This document shows positions 8,711-19,690 of a DNA stretch of 27,795 bases, one piece after another. Numbering within the stretch: the stretch's first letter is position 1; the number at the start of each line of letters is the position of its first letter. The stretch comes from Campylobacterales bacterium (lineage in GTDB: Bacteria; Campylobacterota; Campylobacteria; Campylobacterales; Sulfurimonadaceae), in contig JBBRBK010000023.1 of the NCBI GenBank assembly GCA_038205935.1, positions 1-27,795 of the forward strand, written 5' to 3'. Made by a program: the position numbers and the translations under genes. The notes under the pieces are model-generated. The model worked only from the letters and a program-made list of their open reading frames with translations. It ran no database searches and had not been told where the DNA came from.

Positions 8711-9382
8711 ATGGATTCATTAGAGAAACAACTAGGTTATACATTTAAAGACAAACAGCTCCTTATCGAAGCGCTGACGCATAAAAGCTATAAACAGCCC
8801 TACGATAATGAGCGTCTTGAATTTTTGGGAGATGCTGTTTTAGATCTCATCGTCGGAGAATATCTATACAAAAATTTTCCAACTTCAGATGAGGGGAAAC
8901 TTTCCAAAATTCGTGCTTCACTTGTGAATGAAAACGGCTTTAATATGCTTGCAAATGTACTTGGACTTGGAGAACATATCTTTTTATCAAATGCTGAGGA
9001 AAACAATGAAGGGCGCACAAAACCTTCACTTTTATCCAATGCATTTGAAGCGTTGATGGGTGCAATCTATCTTGAAGCAGGTTTACACAAAGTTCAGGAG
9101 ATTATGATTTCTCTACTTGAAGAAAACTATGAAGAGATATCGCTTGATTCACTTTTTCGTGATTACAAAACAACGCTTCAAGAACTTACACAAGCAAGAT
9201 TTAGTGAAACTCCAGAGTATCGCCTTGTTGGAAGCAGTGGACCTGACCATAAAAAAGAGTTTGAAGTCGCAGTCATCATCGAGGGTAGAGAGTATGCCAG
9301 AGCGCTTGGAAAAAGTAAAAAAATAGCACAGCAAGAAGCGGCATTTATAGCCATAGAGATTTTACAAAAGGAACATGTATGA
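8711..9382 (+). CDS. rnc: Ribonuclease III
   Basis: [12 protein letters not shown] signature, [11 protein letters not shown]-terminal dsRBD ([22 protein letters not shown]). Confidence 0.97.
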   Translation: MDSLEKQLGYTFKDKQLLIEALTHKSYKQPYDNERLEFLGDAVLDLIVGEYLYKNFPTSDEGKLSKIRASLVNENGFNMLANVLGLGEHIFLSNAEENNEGRTKPSLLSNAFEALMGAIYLEAGLHKVQEIMISLLEENYEEISLDSLFRDYKTTLQELTQARFSETPEYRLVGSSGPDHKKEFEVAVIIEGREYARALGKSKKIAQQEAAFIAIEILQKEHV

Positions 9383-10452
9383 ATCGTTTTGGACAAAGAT
9401 TTAGTTTTACAACTTTTGGAGAATCCCACGGAAAGGCACTTGGCTGTGTCGTAGATGGCGTTCCTGCTGGACTTTTTATAGATGAAGAATTTATCCAAAG
9501 TGAACTTGATCGCAGAAAACCTGGAAAAAGCAAGTTTGAAACAGCGCGAAAAGAAGATGACAAAGTCGAAATACTCAGCGGTGTTTTTGAGGGGCTTTCT
9601 ACGGGAACACCTATCGCGATGGTTATTTATAATACAAACCAAAAATCAAAAGATTACTCAAACATCAAAGATGTGTTTCGCCCCGGACATGCGGATTTTA
9701 CTTATTTTCATAAATACGGCATTCGTGATTATAGAGGCGGAGGACGTTCATCGGCACGTGAGACAGCCGCTCGCGTGGCAGCTGGAGCTATCGCAAAACT
9801 AATGTTGCAAGAGCTTGGAGTTGAGATAGAAAGTGGAATCTGCGAGATTGATGGCATTAAAGCGACAAGTTTTGATTATGAGTATGCGAAAAAAAGTATT
9901 ATTTATGGGCTTGATGCTTCGGTAGAAGAGGCTCAAAAAGAGGCTGTTCTTAAAGCTAAAGATGCTCACGATTCTGTCGGTGGCGTTTCTCGTGTTGTGA
10001 TAAAAAATGCACCGATGGGACTTGGTGAACCGCTTTATTATAAGATGGATGCAGTTTTAGCAGATGCAATGATGGGAATTAATGCTGTCAAAGCGGTCGA
10101 GATAGGCGATGGTATTATCAGTGCGACAAAACTTGGTTCACAAAATAATGATCAGATCCGAGCAAACGGATTTCTTACAAACCACGCAGGTGGAATTTTA
10201 GGCGGCATCACCAATGGCGAAGATATCATCTTAAACGTCTATTTTAAACCAACGCCTTCGATCTTTCAAGAGCAACATACTGTTACATGTAACAACGAAG
10301 AGGTTGATTTTTCACTCAAAGGGCGACATGATCCCTGCGTCGCGATCCGTGGAACTATCGTGTGCGAAGCGATGGCAGCAATTGTGGTCGCTGATATGGT
10401 TTTACTCAATATGGGTAGAACGATGAACGGCGTTAAAAACTACTACAAATAG
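9379..10452 (+). CDS. aroC: Chorismate synthase
   Basis: [36 protein letters not shown] motifs; ATGA overlap with rnc. Confidence 0.98.
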   Translation: MNRFGQRFSFTTFGESHGKALGCVVDGVPAGLFIDEEFIQSELDRRKPGKSKFETARKEDDKVEILSGVFEGLSTGTPIAMVIYNTNQKSKDYSNIKDVFRPGHADFTYFHKYGIRDYRGGGRSSARETAARVAAGAIAKLMLQELGVEIESGICEIDGIKATSFDYEYAKKSIIYGLDASVEEAQKEAVLKAKDAHDSVGGVSRVVIKNAPMGLGEPLYYKMDAVLADAMMGINAVKAVEIGDGIISATKLGSQNNDQIRANGFLTNHAGGILGGITNGEDIILNVYFKPTPSIFQEQHTVTCNNEEVDFSLKGRHDPCVAIRGTIVCEAMAAIVVADMVLLNMGRTMNGVKNYYK

Positions 10453-10462
10453 AGTACTGAAA

Positions 10463-10482
10463 AACCCTTACATGTAAGGGTT
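10463..10482. repeat. 20-bp perfect palindrome centred on TTACATGTAA, just downstream of aroC (possible terminator or protein-binding site)
   Basis: aacccttaca|tgtaagggtt begins 11 nt after the aroC stop. Confidence 0.7.
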
Positions 10483-10607
10483 GAAAACCTAAAATTAGCA
10501 ATCTTCTTGTAAAAATTCATCCGATATAAAGCAATATTTAGGCATAATGCAATAATTTTAAAAATCTACATATCATCTTTTGGTATGTAACAAATAGGAT
10601 AATATTC

Positions 10608-12431
10608 GTGAATAGAATCGCATTGAAATACAATGGTGAAATTGTTGACTTGCAGACTGCAAAGGCGCTTGGTATAGAGGGTGAGCCGATAGAACTAGAT
10701 AACTCAAAAGAGTCACTCGAAGTTTTACGCCATTCAACGGCGCACCTTATGGCGCAAGCTATCAAATCACTCTACCCTGACGCTGAGTTTTATGTAGGAC
10801 CAGTTGTAAAAGAGGGATTTTATTATGATTTTAAAACCTCTGCGACTATCGGTGAAGCGGATCTTAAAACGATAGAAAAAGAGATGCTTAATCTTGCAAA
10901 GAAAAAAACAGAGATAGAAAAATATGATATCTCTATGGATGAAGCAAAACTCAAATTCGCAAATGATCATCTCAAGCTTGAAGTTATGAAACGCATTCCA
11001 AGCGAAACGGTTTCTATCTACAAACAAGGTGATTTCGAAGATCTTTGTCGTGGACCACACTTGCCAAACATTGGTTTTATTAGATATTTTAAACTGATGA
11101 AAATTGCTGGGGCATATCTTGGTGGAGACTCAAAAAATGAGGTTCTAACTCGTATTTACGGTATCGCATTTGCAGATAAAGAATCACTCAAAAACTATCT
11201 TGAAATGATGGCAGAAGCTGAAAAACGTGACCATAGAAAGATCGGTGCTGAGATGAAACTCTTTAGTTTCCGTGAAGAGGTTGGAGCAGGTTTTGCACTC
11301 TGGCTTCCTGCTGGCGCGCGTCTACGAAGCCGTTTGGAACAACTTCTTTTCAAAGCACACAGAAAACGTGGTTATGAGCCAGTTCGCGGACCTGAGATGC
11401 TGAAAAGCGATCTTTGGAAAGTCTCAGGACATTATCAAAACTACGGCGAAAATATGTACTTCACTCATATAGAAGAGTCTGAAGAGAAAAAAATCGAATT
11501 TGGTATCAAACCGATGAACTGTGTCGGACATATTAAAGTATATGAAGAAGATCTTCGCTCATACCGTGATCTCCCACTCAAATATTTTGAATATGGCGTG
11601 GTTCACCGTCATGAGATGACGGGTGCACTTCATGGACTTTTCCGTGTAAGAGAGTTCACTCAAGATGATGCGCATATTTTCTGTACTGCTGCACAAGTTG
11701 AAGAGCAGATTATAGAAGTTGTTGATTTTGTCGATAAGATTATGAGTACATTCAACTTTGACTATAAAATGATGATCTCCACAAAACCTGAAAAAGCTGT
11801 CGGTGACGATGCAGTGTGGGAAATTTCTACACAGGCTCTAAAAAATGCGATGGACAAACATAATCTTCCTTACGAGATAGATGAGGGCGGCGGAGCATTT
11901 TACGGACCAAAAATTGATATAAAGATAACCGATGCTATCGGGCGTGAGTGGCAGTGTGGTACAATTCAGTTAGACTTTAACTTACCACAGAGATTTGAGC
12001 TTGAATATACCGGCGAGGGAAATGAAAAAATTCAACCCGTTATGATTCATAGAGCAATTTTAGGTTCTTTTGAGCGTTTTGTTGGTATATTGACGGAACA
12101 CTATGCTGGAGAGTTTCCAATGTTCGTCGCACCTACGCAGGTTGCGATCGTTCCAATTGCAGAATCTCATAACGCATATGCAAAAGAGTTAGCAGATAAA
12201 CTGCTTGATATCGGTGCTGACAGTGAGATCTATTCTAAAAATGATAGTTTAAACAAACGTATCCGTACAGCTGAGAAGGCGCGTGTTCCTATGATTATCG
12301 TGTTGGGCGACGAAGAAGTTGCCAACAAAACGATCGCCATCAGAGACAGAAGAACGCGTGAACAATATAATCTAAGCGAAGCAGAGTTTCTTTCGCTTAT
12401 ACAAACTAAAATAAACGAGGTAAATTTTTGA
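10608..12431 (+). CDS. thrS: Threonine--tRNA ligase
   Basis: [69 protein letters not shown] start with AGGA SD. Confidence 0.98.
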   Translation: MNRIALKYNGEIVDLQTAKALGIEGEPIELDNSKESLEVLRHSTAHLMAQAIKSLYPDAEFYVGPVVKEGFYYDFKTSATIGEADLKTIEKEMLNLAKKKTEIEKYDISMDEAKLKFANDHLKLEVMKRIPSETVSIYKQGDFEDLCRGPHLPNIGFIRYFKLMKIAGAYLGGDSKNEVLTRIYGIAFADKESLKNYLEMMAEAEKRDHRKIGAEMKLFSFREEVGAGFALWLPAGARLRSRLEQLLFKAHRKRGYEPVRGPEMLKSDLWKVSGHYQNYGENMYFTHIEESEEKKIEFGIKPMNCVGHIKVYEEDLRSYRDLPLKYFEYGVVHRHEMTGALHGLFRVREFTQDDAHIFCTAAQVEEQIIEVVDFVDKIMSTFNFDYKMMISTKPEKAVGDDAVWEISTQALKNAMDKHNLPYEIDEGGGAFYGPKIDIKITDAIGREWQCGTIQLDFNLPQRFELEYTGEGNEKIQPVMIHRAILGSFERFVGILTEHYAGEFPMFVAPTQVAIVPIAESHNAYAKELADKLLDIGADSEIYSKNDSLNKRIRTAEKARVPMIIVLGDEEVANKTIAIRDRRTREQYNLSEAEFLSLIQTKINEVNF

Positions 12432-12946
12432 TCAAAAAACAAGACCGTGTCATAATGAATGACGATATCAGAGTTCCTGAAGTACGTTGTAACGTAGATG
12501 GTGGCGAATCTTTAGGTATTATATCTACTGATGAAGCTATGGAAAAAGCAAACCTTTTGGGATTAGACCTAGTTCTTATCGCTCCGACTGCTAAACCACC
12601 TGTCGCGAAGATTATGGACTACGGTAAGTTCAAATACCAAGAAGAGAAAAAACTCAAAGAGCAACGTAAAAATCAGACTAAAATCGATGTAAAAGAGATT
12701 AAACTTTCTGTTAAAATCGCTGAAAATGATATCTCTTACAAAGTTAAACATGCAAGAGAATTTCTAGCAGAAGGCAAACACGTGAAATTTCGCGTTTTTC
12801 TTCGTGGTCGTGAAATGGCGCATCCAGAAGCTGCAAGAGAAGTTTTACTTCGTGTGTGGCCAATGCTCGAAGATGTAGCAACAATGGAAAAATCACCTAT
12901 TTTTGAAGGCCGTTATTACAATATGTATCTTCTCCCGATCAAATAG
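12428..12946 (+). CDS. infC: Translation initiation factor IF-3
   Basis: [36 protein letters not shown] start overlaps the thrS stop (TTGA); GAGG SD at 12417-12420. Confidence 0.97.
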   Translation: MIKKQDRVIMNDDIRVPEVRCNVDGGESLGIISTDEAMEKANLLGLDLVLIAPTAKPPVAKIMDYGKFKYQEEKKLKEQRKNQTKIDVKEIKLSVKIAENDISYKVKHAREFLAEGKHVKFRVFLRGREMAHPEAAREVLLRVWPMLEDVATMEKSPIFEGRYYNMYLLPIK

Positions 12947-12966
12947 ACGACAAAACTCTTTAAAAA

Positions 12967-12989
12967 AAGCATAGGAAACTCCTATGCTT
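12967..12989 (+). terminator. Putative intrinsic terminator after infC
   Basis: aagcatagga-aac-tcctatgctt, a 10-bp stem 21 nt after the stop. Confidence 0.65.
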
Positions 12990-13082
12990 CACACTTCTTT
13001 TTGTCAGAAATGGTAAAAATCCTCTTTTACATGGTAACTTCACTTTTTATTGGATAAAATGTTATAAAAACCGAAGTGAGTT

Positions 13083-16000
13083 ATGATGAAGATTTTGAGA
13101 AGATCAGTTTATGTTTTAATTGCTCTGTATACCTTAGCTGGCTTTTTTTTAGTTCCCTATCTTATTAAAACAAAAGCTGTTGAACTTGCCAATGAAAAGA
13201 TCAATGGGAAACTTTCCATAGGATCAGCTAGCTTTAATCCATATACTTTTAGAGTAAAATTGGGCTCAGTAGAGCTTGATTCAACTGATAAAAAAAAGAT
13301 ATTTTCACTTCGTGAGCTAAATGTCAATCTGCAAGTATTTGCACTTTTAAATAAAACCATACATGTAAAAAGCGTAGAGCTTCAAGAACCATTTTTAGAT
13401 ATAGTCTATGCAAAAGATAAAAAACTCAATCTCCTTAGCATCGCAAAACCCTCAAAAGATCAAAATAAAAGTGCTTCAAAAAATGATTTTCGTTTTGTTC
13501 TTGATGACTTAGCAATCACATATGGAACAATCGCTTATGAAGACTATACAAAAAAATCTCCGTATAAAACTTCTCTTGATGATTTAGAATTTAAGATAAA
13601 AAATGTTGATACAGGGAAAAAGAGTAGTAAAACCGGATCTTCTGTTTTACAATTTGATTTCAATGATGGCGGAAGTGTTGAACTTGTTAATAGTATTAAA
13701 TCAATCTCGCCTTTTGTCGTAGATGGAACTCTTGATCTAAAATCTCTTGTGCTTTATTCAGAGTGGAAATATATAAAAGATATGCTCAATATCGAAATTG
13801 CAGATGGTAAACTTAACACTCACGTAGAATATCATATCAATTTAGATGATCTTAAAAATTTCAAAATCGACAATACTTCAGTGAGTCTTTCAGGGCTTAG
13901 AATAAAACCGACAAATAAACCATCGGATATATTAAGTATTGCAACTTTACATGTAAGTAAAATCAGTGCTTTACCTCTACAACAAGAAGTTCATATCCCT
14001 GCTGTTACAATCAATGGAGTTGATCTTAAAGCGCAAAGACTTGCTGGCAATAAAATCGATTGGCAAGAGTATATAAAAATCAATAAAACTGCTGATAAAG
14101 CAGAAGATAAAAATGCAACTAAACCGTGGAAAGTTACACTTGATAAATTTGCATTAGAGAATTCGAAAATAAGTTTAAATGACACGATGCTTAATCCCTC
14201 ACAGCTGATTACTCTTGAAAATATATCCTTACATGTAAACGATTTTGTTCTTGGCAAAGATGGTTGGTTGAGCTATGATTTTCATACAAATCTCAACCAC
14301 GAGACAGCTCTTGGAGCAAGTGGTAAAGCGCAGTTAAAGCCACTAAAACAAGAGGGTGAATTCTCAATCACCAATCTTACATCAAAATTTTTAAATCCAT
14401 ATATTGCAAAATATACGACTCCCATCAAAGCTGATGGAGCTTTAAGTTTGAGTGGTTCAGAGAGTTTTAGCGCGGCTACAGAATCATCCAAAACAAGTAA
14501 GCCAAAATTTTTACTCAAAAACTTTGATTTAAATAGCTCTACTCTTACTTTAACAGACACCAATATCAAACCAAATCAAGCGATAACACTTGAAAATCTG
14601 CTCTTACATGTAAGCGATTTTGACTTGGATGCAAAAAGCTGGTTTAAGTATGATATCCGTACACATATCAATCATACTGGTTCAATGAGCTTGGGCGGAA
14701 AATTACAGCGTGAACCACTCAGACAAGAAGGGGAGTTTGCTATTCATACTCTTGGATTAAAGTTTTTAAATCCATATATTTATCCTTATACATATCTGAG
14801 TATAGAAGATGGCGCTTTAAGTATCAATGGAAAAGAGCATTTTGACAGCGTTTCAAAATCACCAAAAATGAGTGTGAAGGGTAAATTTGGACTTGAAAAA
14901 ATAGCATTAAAAGATAGCAGAGATCATAAATTCCTCACTTCTTTTGATAAACTAGATCTTGGATATACCTTTGATTACGCTCCAAACAGGCTTTATATAG
15001 ATAAAGTACTCATTGATTCTCTATATGCAAATACTTTGATAGATCAAAATAAGACGATCAACTTTGCGAAACTCATGAAACCTGTAAAAGCGGATCATAA
15101 TGCAACAGCATCGTCAAAACAAACAGCAAAAAAATCAGAACCGTTTGCGATTAAGATTATGGATATTACTATAAAAAATGGAAGTGCAGATTTTATGGAT
15201 CAATCTCTTTTTTATGTATTTAAAACACATATACACGATTTGAACGGAAAAGTTTATGGTGTATCAAGTGCGCAAAATGAGACAAGTAAAATTGACCTTG
15301 ATGGTGTCGTGGATCAGTATGGTTCAGCAAAAATTCAAGGTTCCATTAATGCGGCAAATCCTAAAAAATACACAGATATGAATGTGAATTTTAGTAATCT
15401 AGCCATCAATAACCTCACAGCATACTCAGCAACGTTCGCTGGATATAAAATAGATGATGGCAAACTTTTTGTTAAACTCGGCTATAAAATAAATGATGGT
15501 AAACTTGATGCTTCTAATAGCATCGTTATCAAGCATATTAAGCTTGGTGAGACGGTTAAAGATCCAAGCATTACTGTTTGGCCACTTCGTCTCGCAGTTG
15601 CTCTTTTAGAGGATAATGATGGTGTTATTGATATTGATCTTCCGATAAAAGGCGATCTCAATAATCCTGATTTCAGATACGGAGCGATGGTTTGGAAAGT
15701 TCTTGGTAATTTGATTACAAAAGCTGTTACCGCTCCTTTTAAACTTTTAGGATCTATGCTTGGGTTTAATGGAGATGCTTTGCAGTCTATCGATTTTGAA
15801 CCGGGTAAGACAGTTTTACTTCCTCCTGAGATTGAAAAGTTGGACAACATTACAAAAGCTTTACAAAAACGTCTCAGTATATCTCTGAGTGTTGGAGTCA
15901 CATATGATACAAATACAGATAAAAAAGCACTTCAAACACAAAAGCTGATGGATTTGATTGTGAAAAAAAGTGGTGCAACGAATGAAGAAGAGCGAAGAAA

Positions 16001-16334
16001 TGCCTTAAATGCTGAGATGCTTGAGGGAATCTTTCTCAAAAATTCGACTCATGATAATCTCAAGGGAATAAAAGCTAAATTTAAAGATGAGTATAAAGAT
16101 ATCAAAGAGTTTAACGAAGAGTATACGGCAAAACTTACGCAAGAAGATAGCAACTTTATGCCTGTGAGTGAAGATGAGTTAAAAATACTTGCTGATTCAA
16201 GAGCAAAAGCAATCTCCGAGTATCTGATAGTCAAACAAAAAATAGATCCTACAAGAGTCATTTTTACTCCGGCACAAGCTACGCAGGAGACAACGAAAGA
16301 AGTTAAGACAAAACTCGATATTAATGTTAAATAA
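13083..16334 (+). CDS. DUF748 / AsmA-like beta-repeat envelope protein with C-terminal OmpA-like region
   Basis: N-terminal TM (YTLAGFFLVPYLIK), FNPYT, repeated beta-rich modules, LAVALLED.DGVIDIDLPI.GDL.NPDF, KAVTAPF, IDFEPG...LADSRA.AI..YL. Confidence 0.85.
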   Translation: MMKILRRSVYVLIALYTLAGFFLVPYLIKTKAVELANEKINGKLSIGSASFNPYTFRVKLGSVELDSTDKKKIFSLRELNVNLQVFALLNKTIHVKSVELQEPFLDIVYAKDKKLNLLSIAKPSKDQNKSASKNDFRFVLDDLAITYGTIAYEDYTKKSPYKTSLDDLEFKIKNVDTGKKSSKTGSSVLQFDFNDGGSVELVNSIKSISPFVVDGTLDLKSLVLYSEWKYIKDMLNIEIADGKLNTHVEYHINLDDLKNFKIDNTSVSLSGLRIKPTNKPSDILSIATLHVSKISALPLQQEVHIPAVTINGVDLKAQRLAGNKIDWQEYIKINKTADKAEDKNATKPWKVTLDKFALENSKISLNDTMLNPSQLITLENISLHVNDFVLGKDGWLSYDFHTNLNHETALGASGKAQLKPLKQEGEFSITNLTSKFLNPYIAKYTTPIKADGALSLSGSESFSAATESSKTSKPKFLLKNFDLNSSTLTLTDTNIKPNQAITLENLLLHVSDFDLDAKSWFKYDIRTHINHTGSMSLGGKLQREPLRQEGEFAIHTLGLKFLNPYIYPYTYLSIEDGALSINGKEHFDSVSKSPKMSVKGKFGLEKIALKDSRDHKFLTSFDKLDLGYTFDYAPNRLYIDKVLIDSLYANTLIDQNKTINFAKLMKPVKADHNATASSKQTAKKSEPFAIKIMDITIKNGSADFMDQSLFYVFKTHIHDLNGKVYGVSSAQNETSKIDLDGVVDQYGSAKIQGSINAANPKKYTDMNVNFSNLAINNLTAYSATFAGYKIDDGKLFVKLGYKINDGKLDASNSIVIKHIKLGETVKDPSITVWPLRLAVALLEDNDGVIDIDLPIKGDLNNPDFRYGAMVWKVLGNLITKAVTAPFKLLGSMLGFNGDALQSIDFEPGKTVLLPPEIEKLDNITKALQKRLSISLSVGVTYDTNTDKKALQTQKLMDLIVKKSGATNEEERRNALNAEMLEGIFLKNSTHDNLKGIKAKFKDEYKDIKEFNEEYTAKLTQEDSNFMPVSEDELKILADSRAKAISEYLIVKQKIDPTRVIFTPAQATQETTKEVKTKLDINVK
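14130..14880 (+). repeat. Internal tandem duplication with a 375-bp (125 aa) period in the DUF748 gene
   Basis: ITLENISLHVNDF...QEGEFSI..L..KFLNPYI recurs as ITLENLLLHVSDF...QEGEFAI..L..KFLNPYI exactly 375 nt later. Confidence 0.85.
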
Positions 16335-16417
16335 TTTTGAATAAAAAATAAAATATATTTTATTGGATTTATTATAATAAATAGAATATAATCACAAATT
16401 ATATATAAAGGAATTTA

Positions 16418-17518
16418 ATGGCATTTTCTAAAGCAAACCGCAAGGGAACTATTAGCGGTATTTTATTTGTTGCGTTAGTAGCGGCTTCAGCTACTTATAT
16501 CGCAGCACTCGGTCCAATCAAAGGCTTAGGCATATCTGCACTTGTTGTGGGTATCGTAATCGGTATTTTTTATGCAAATACTTTACATAATCATTTTCCA
16601 AAAGAGTGGGAAACAGGTATTGTATTTTCAGGAAAGAAAATTCTTCGTTTTGCGATCGTGTTTTACGGTTTTCGTATTACGTTTCAACAAATCGCCGCAG
16701 TTGGTATGGACGGATTTTTAGTTTCTCTTATCATGCTCAGTACAACGTTTATTTTTGGAACGTGGATTGGGCACAAGGTATTTAAAATGGATATGGACAC
16801 ATCTATGCTTACGGCATCAGGTGCTGCTGTTTGTGGCGCTGCTGCAGTTTTGGCAACAGAACCAGTTTTAAAAGCTGAAGGGCATAAAACAGCTGTTGCT
16901 GTCAGTATGGTTGTTCTTTTTGGAACAGTTTCTATGTTTTTATATCCTGTTATGTATCAAGCGATTATTGAGCCAGCATCTGGTTTCTTACATATGACAC
17001 CGGCACAGTTTGGTATTTATACAGGTGGAACAATCCATGAAGTTGCACAAGTTGTCGCGGTTCCATTTTCTATTCCAAATGCTCCGATTGATATGGCGAA
17101 CAGTGCTGTTATTGTGAAGATGACTCGTGTTATTATGATTGCTCCAATGTTGATTGTTTTGGGTCTTTATCTTTCATATCAAGCTAAAAAGACAGGTTCT
17201 GCGACAGATGCTGTTAAACTTGTTATTCCTTGGTTTGCGGTTTATTTTATTGGTATGGCTGGTCTGAATTCACTTATTGAGATGTATTTAGTAGGCGGTG
17301 GTGCAGCGATTGCTGAGACAGTTCACTCTATTATCTCAAATGTCAATGAAGCAGATACTTTCTTACTTACGATGGCCATGACCGCTCTTGGTATGGGAAC
17401 ACGTTTTGCGAAGTTTAAAGGTCTTGGTATCGCTCCACTTTATACAGGTGCAGCAATGTTTGCATGGCTTGTAATCGGTGGTTTTTTAGTTACTAAAGCG
17501 GTAACAACTTTCTTATAA
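16418..17518 (+). CDS. YeiH family (putative sulfate/sulfite exporter, UPF0324) membrane protein
   Basis: KKILRFAIVFYGF, G.AVCGAAAVLA, GGTIHEVAQVVA, VKMTRV, AMTALG motifs; AAGGA SD. Confidence 0.9.
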   Translation: MAFSKANRKGTISGILFVALVAASATYIAALGPIKGLGISALVVGIVIGIFYANTLHNHFPKEWETGIVFSGKKILRFAIVFYGFRITFQQIAAVGMDGFLVSLIMLSTTFIFGTWIGHKVFKMDMDTSMLTASGAAVCGAAAVLATEPVLKAEGHKTAVAVSMVVLFGTVSMFLYPVMYQAIIEPASGFLHMTPAQFGIYTGGTIHEVAQVVAVPFSIPNAPIDMANSAVIVKMTRVIMIAPMLIVLGLYLSYQAKKTGSATDAVKLVIPWFAVYFIGMAGLNSLIEMYLVGGGAAIAETVHSIISNVNEADTFLLTMAMTALGMGTRFAKFKGLGIAPLYTGAAMFAWLVIGGFLVTKAVTTFL

Positions 17519-17529
17519 TCTTCAGAAAA

Positions 17530-17563
17530 CTTTACATGTAACGATATCTGCTTACATGTAAAG
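17530..17563. terminator. Hairpin built from two TTACATGTAA copies between convergent yeiH-like gene and comM
   Basis: ctttacatgtaa-cgatatctgc-ttacatgtaaag, a 12-bp perfect stem filling most of the 46-bp gap. Confidence 0.65.
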
Positions 17564-17564
17564 A

Positions 17565-19070
17565 CTATCTTCTTCTATAACTTAGCGCTTCTAGTATATC
17601 TTTTTTACGTATCATTTGACTTTGATCCAAATCTGCAATCGTTCTTGCAACTTTTTGTATCTTTTTGATCGCTCTAAATGAGAGTGAAAAACGGTGTAGG
17701 GCATTTTCTAAACTCTCTTTAGCTTCATCATCCATAATGCAATATTTTTCTATCTCTTCATCATCTAGTTTACCGTTGAAGCTTTTTTGTCCACGTGTTG
17801 CCATGAATTCTATAGTTCGCAAAACTTTGCTATGAAGCTGCGCGGAGGTGACATCGCTTGTATCATTCAAAGTGACATTTTGCATAGTGACATGAAGGTC
17901 GATACGGTCTAGAAATGGATCAGAGAGGCGATTTTTGTATCTTTGGATTTCAAGTTCACTGCACCTACACTCTTTTGCACCATCAAGAAGGTTCCCACAT
18001 GGACAAGGGTTCATAGCCGATACAAACAAAAATGAGGCGGGATACTCGACTTTAGAGTTGACTCGTGAAATGCGTATTTGATTGTCCTGTAGAGGCTCTC
18101 TGAGTGCTTCTAAGATATTTTTACTATAGTGTGGAAGTTCGTCGAAAAAAAGAATGCCATTATGGCTTAAACCAACTTCGCCTATTTTTGCATTATGAGA
18201 ACCACCTCCAAAGATGCTCGCTGTAGTAGAAGTGTGATGAGGCGAACGAAATGGACGAAGCGGGATAAAATCTGGCTCATACCCATCCAAAGCTTGTAAT
18301 TTTGCGATATCCAAGATATCAGATGTGCTGAGTGGCGGTAAAATATGACGGAGTCTTTGTGCTATCATTGATTTTCCACATCCAGGACTTCCTTCAAGCA
18401 AAATATTGTGAAAGCCTGCTGCAGATATAAGTGCAGCTCGTTTTGCAATATTTTGACCTTTTACATCTTTGAAATCATATTTATATTTAGTATAAAAATA
18501 GAGTGGTTCATGTGTTGTTATATATTTATGTATGATGGCAGAAGATTGGCTTGATATAAATTGGCCTGAGGTGTCTTTTAAAATTTCCAATGCTTCATTA
18601 ATGTGAGAAACCCCATAAAACTCAACATTTGCTATCTTTGTCAGCTTTTCTAGACTCTCTTTTGGAACAATGGCTTTTGTAATGAGTTGCTGATTTGCTA
18701 AAGAGAGGATAAGTGGATAGAGGTAGCCATTTTCTCGAACTTTTCCATCAAGACTCAGCTCCCCAAAAACAAACCACTCTGAGATATCGATCTCTTCGCT
18801 ATCCATCAAGAGCAAAAGAGCGATACTCAAATCGAAATGGCTTCCTTGCTTCTTTAGATCGCTCGGAGTTAAACTGATAACAAAACGTTTTGGAGGAAAT
18901 GTATAGTTATTTGTGAGTAATGCAGATTTAACACGTTCTTTTGACTCGTTTATAGATGTTGATGCGATTCCTACGATATTAAAAGATGGAAGCCCTTTGG
19001 TGAGACTAGACTCAACCTCGACAACTTTGGCTTCGATTCCTTCGTATGTAGCACATTTAACATGTTTCAT
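17565..19070 (-). CDS. comM: YifB/ComM Mg-chelatase-like AAA+ helicase (natural transformation branch migration)
   Basis: GLPSFNIVG...ESKERVKSA, Walker A GSPGCGKS, PFRSPHH, GEVGLSHNGILFFDE, AMNPCPCG, LDRID, KVARTIADL. Confidence 0.92.
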   Translation of the reverse strand: MKHVKCATYEGIEAKVVEVESSLTKGLPSFNIVGIASTSINESKERVKSALLTNNYTFPPKRFVISLTPSDLKKQGSHFDLSIALLLLMDSEEIDISEWFVFGELSLDGKVRENGYLYPLILSLANQQLITKAIVPKESLEKLTKIANVEFYGVSHINEALEILKDTSGQFISSQSSAIIHKYITTHEPLYFYTKYKYDFKDVKGQNIAKRAALISAAGFHNILLEGSPGCGKSMIAQRLRHILPPLSTSDILDIAKLQALDGYEPDFIPLRPFRSPHHTSTTASIFGGGSHNAKIGEVGLSHNGILFFDELPHYSKNILEALREPLQDNQIRISRVNSKVEYPASFLFVSAMNPCPCGNLLDGAKECRCSELEIQRYKNRLSDPFLDRIDLHVTMQNVTLNDTSDVTSAQLHSKVLRTIEFMATRGQKSFNGKLDDEEIEKYCIMDDEAKESLENALHRFSLSFRAIKKIQKVARTIADLDQSQMIRKKDILEALSYRRR

Positions 19071-19160
19071 CTGCGATTCCTTACACCCAAGAGGTACTTT
19101 ACATGTAAGCGTAGCATATTGATAAAAAAGAGCTTTTTTTATTGCAAATTGAAATATTTA

Positions 19161-19685
19161 TTAATATTCTTCTTTTTTCTCTTTTTGCGCACGTTTATAC
19201 TCTTTTTCAAACTTTTTACGTCTTCCATAAGAAAGTTTTTCTATAAAAAGTTTACCTAACAAGTGATCCATTTCATGTTGAATAGCGATACTAAGAAGTT
19301 CATCAGCATCTAGAGCTTTTGTATTTCCATGCCTGTCTTGATAACTTATGCTGATCGTTTCAAAACGATCTACATCTTCATAAAAACCAGGAACGCTCAA
19401 ACACCCTTCTTGGTAGGAAGTAGCTCCATTTTTCTTGATTATAACTGGATTAATGATCTCCATTAAGTTTTCAGGAGGTTGATCTCCATCGTTATTTGGG
19501 ATATTTAGTATTAAGATATTGAGAGGGAAATTGACTTGAATGGCAGCTAATCCGATACCATTAGAACCAAGCATAACTTTATTCATTTCATTTAGTAGTT
19601 GGTGTAATTTTGCGTCAAAAACTGCCACATCTTTGGAAATTTGTTTTAATCTTTTATCTGGATAGGTTAGTATTGTTAGGTTCAT
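19161..19685 (-). CDS. def: Peptide deformylase
   Basis: GIGLAAIQ, EGCLSVP, QHEMDHL motifs. Confidence 0.97.
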   Translation of the reverse strand: MNLTILTYPDKRLKQISKDVAVFDAKLHQLLNEMNKVMLGSNGIGLAAIQVNFPLNILILNIPNNDGDQPPENLMEIINPVIIKKNGATSYQEGCLSVPGFYEDVDRFETISISYQDRHGNTKALDADELLSIAIQHEMDHLLGKLFIEKLSYGRRKKFEKEYKRAQKEKKEEY

Positions 19686-19690
19686 AATCT

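Noticed and set aside
10483..10607. Possible T-box or structured thrS leader
   Set aside because: Too short, with no T-box consensus or convincing stems.
8800..11060. Short alternative-frame and antisense ORFs within rnc, aroC and thrS
   Set aside because: They overlap highly conserved genes and have no recognisable motifs.
18913..19259. Two plus-strand ORFs across the comM-def junction
   Set aside because: Mostly antisense to comM and def, low complexity, no SD.
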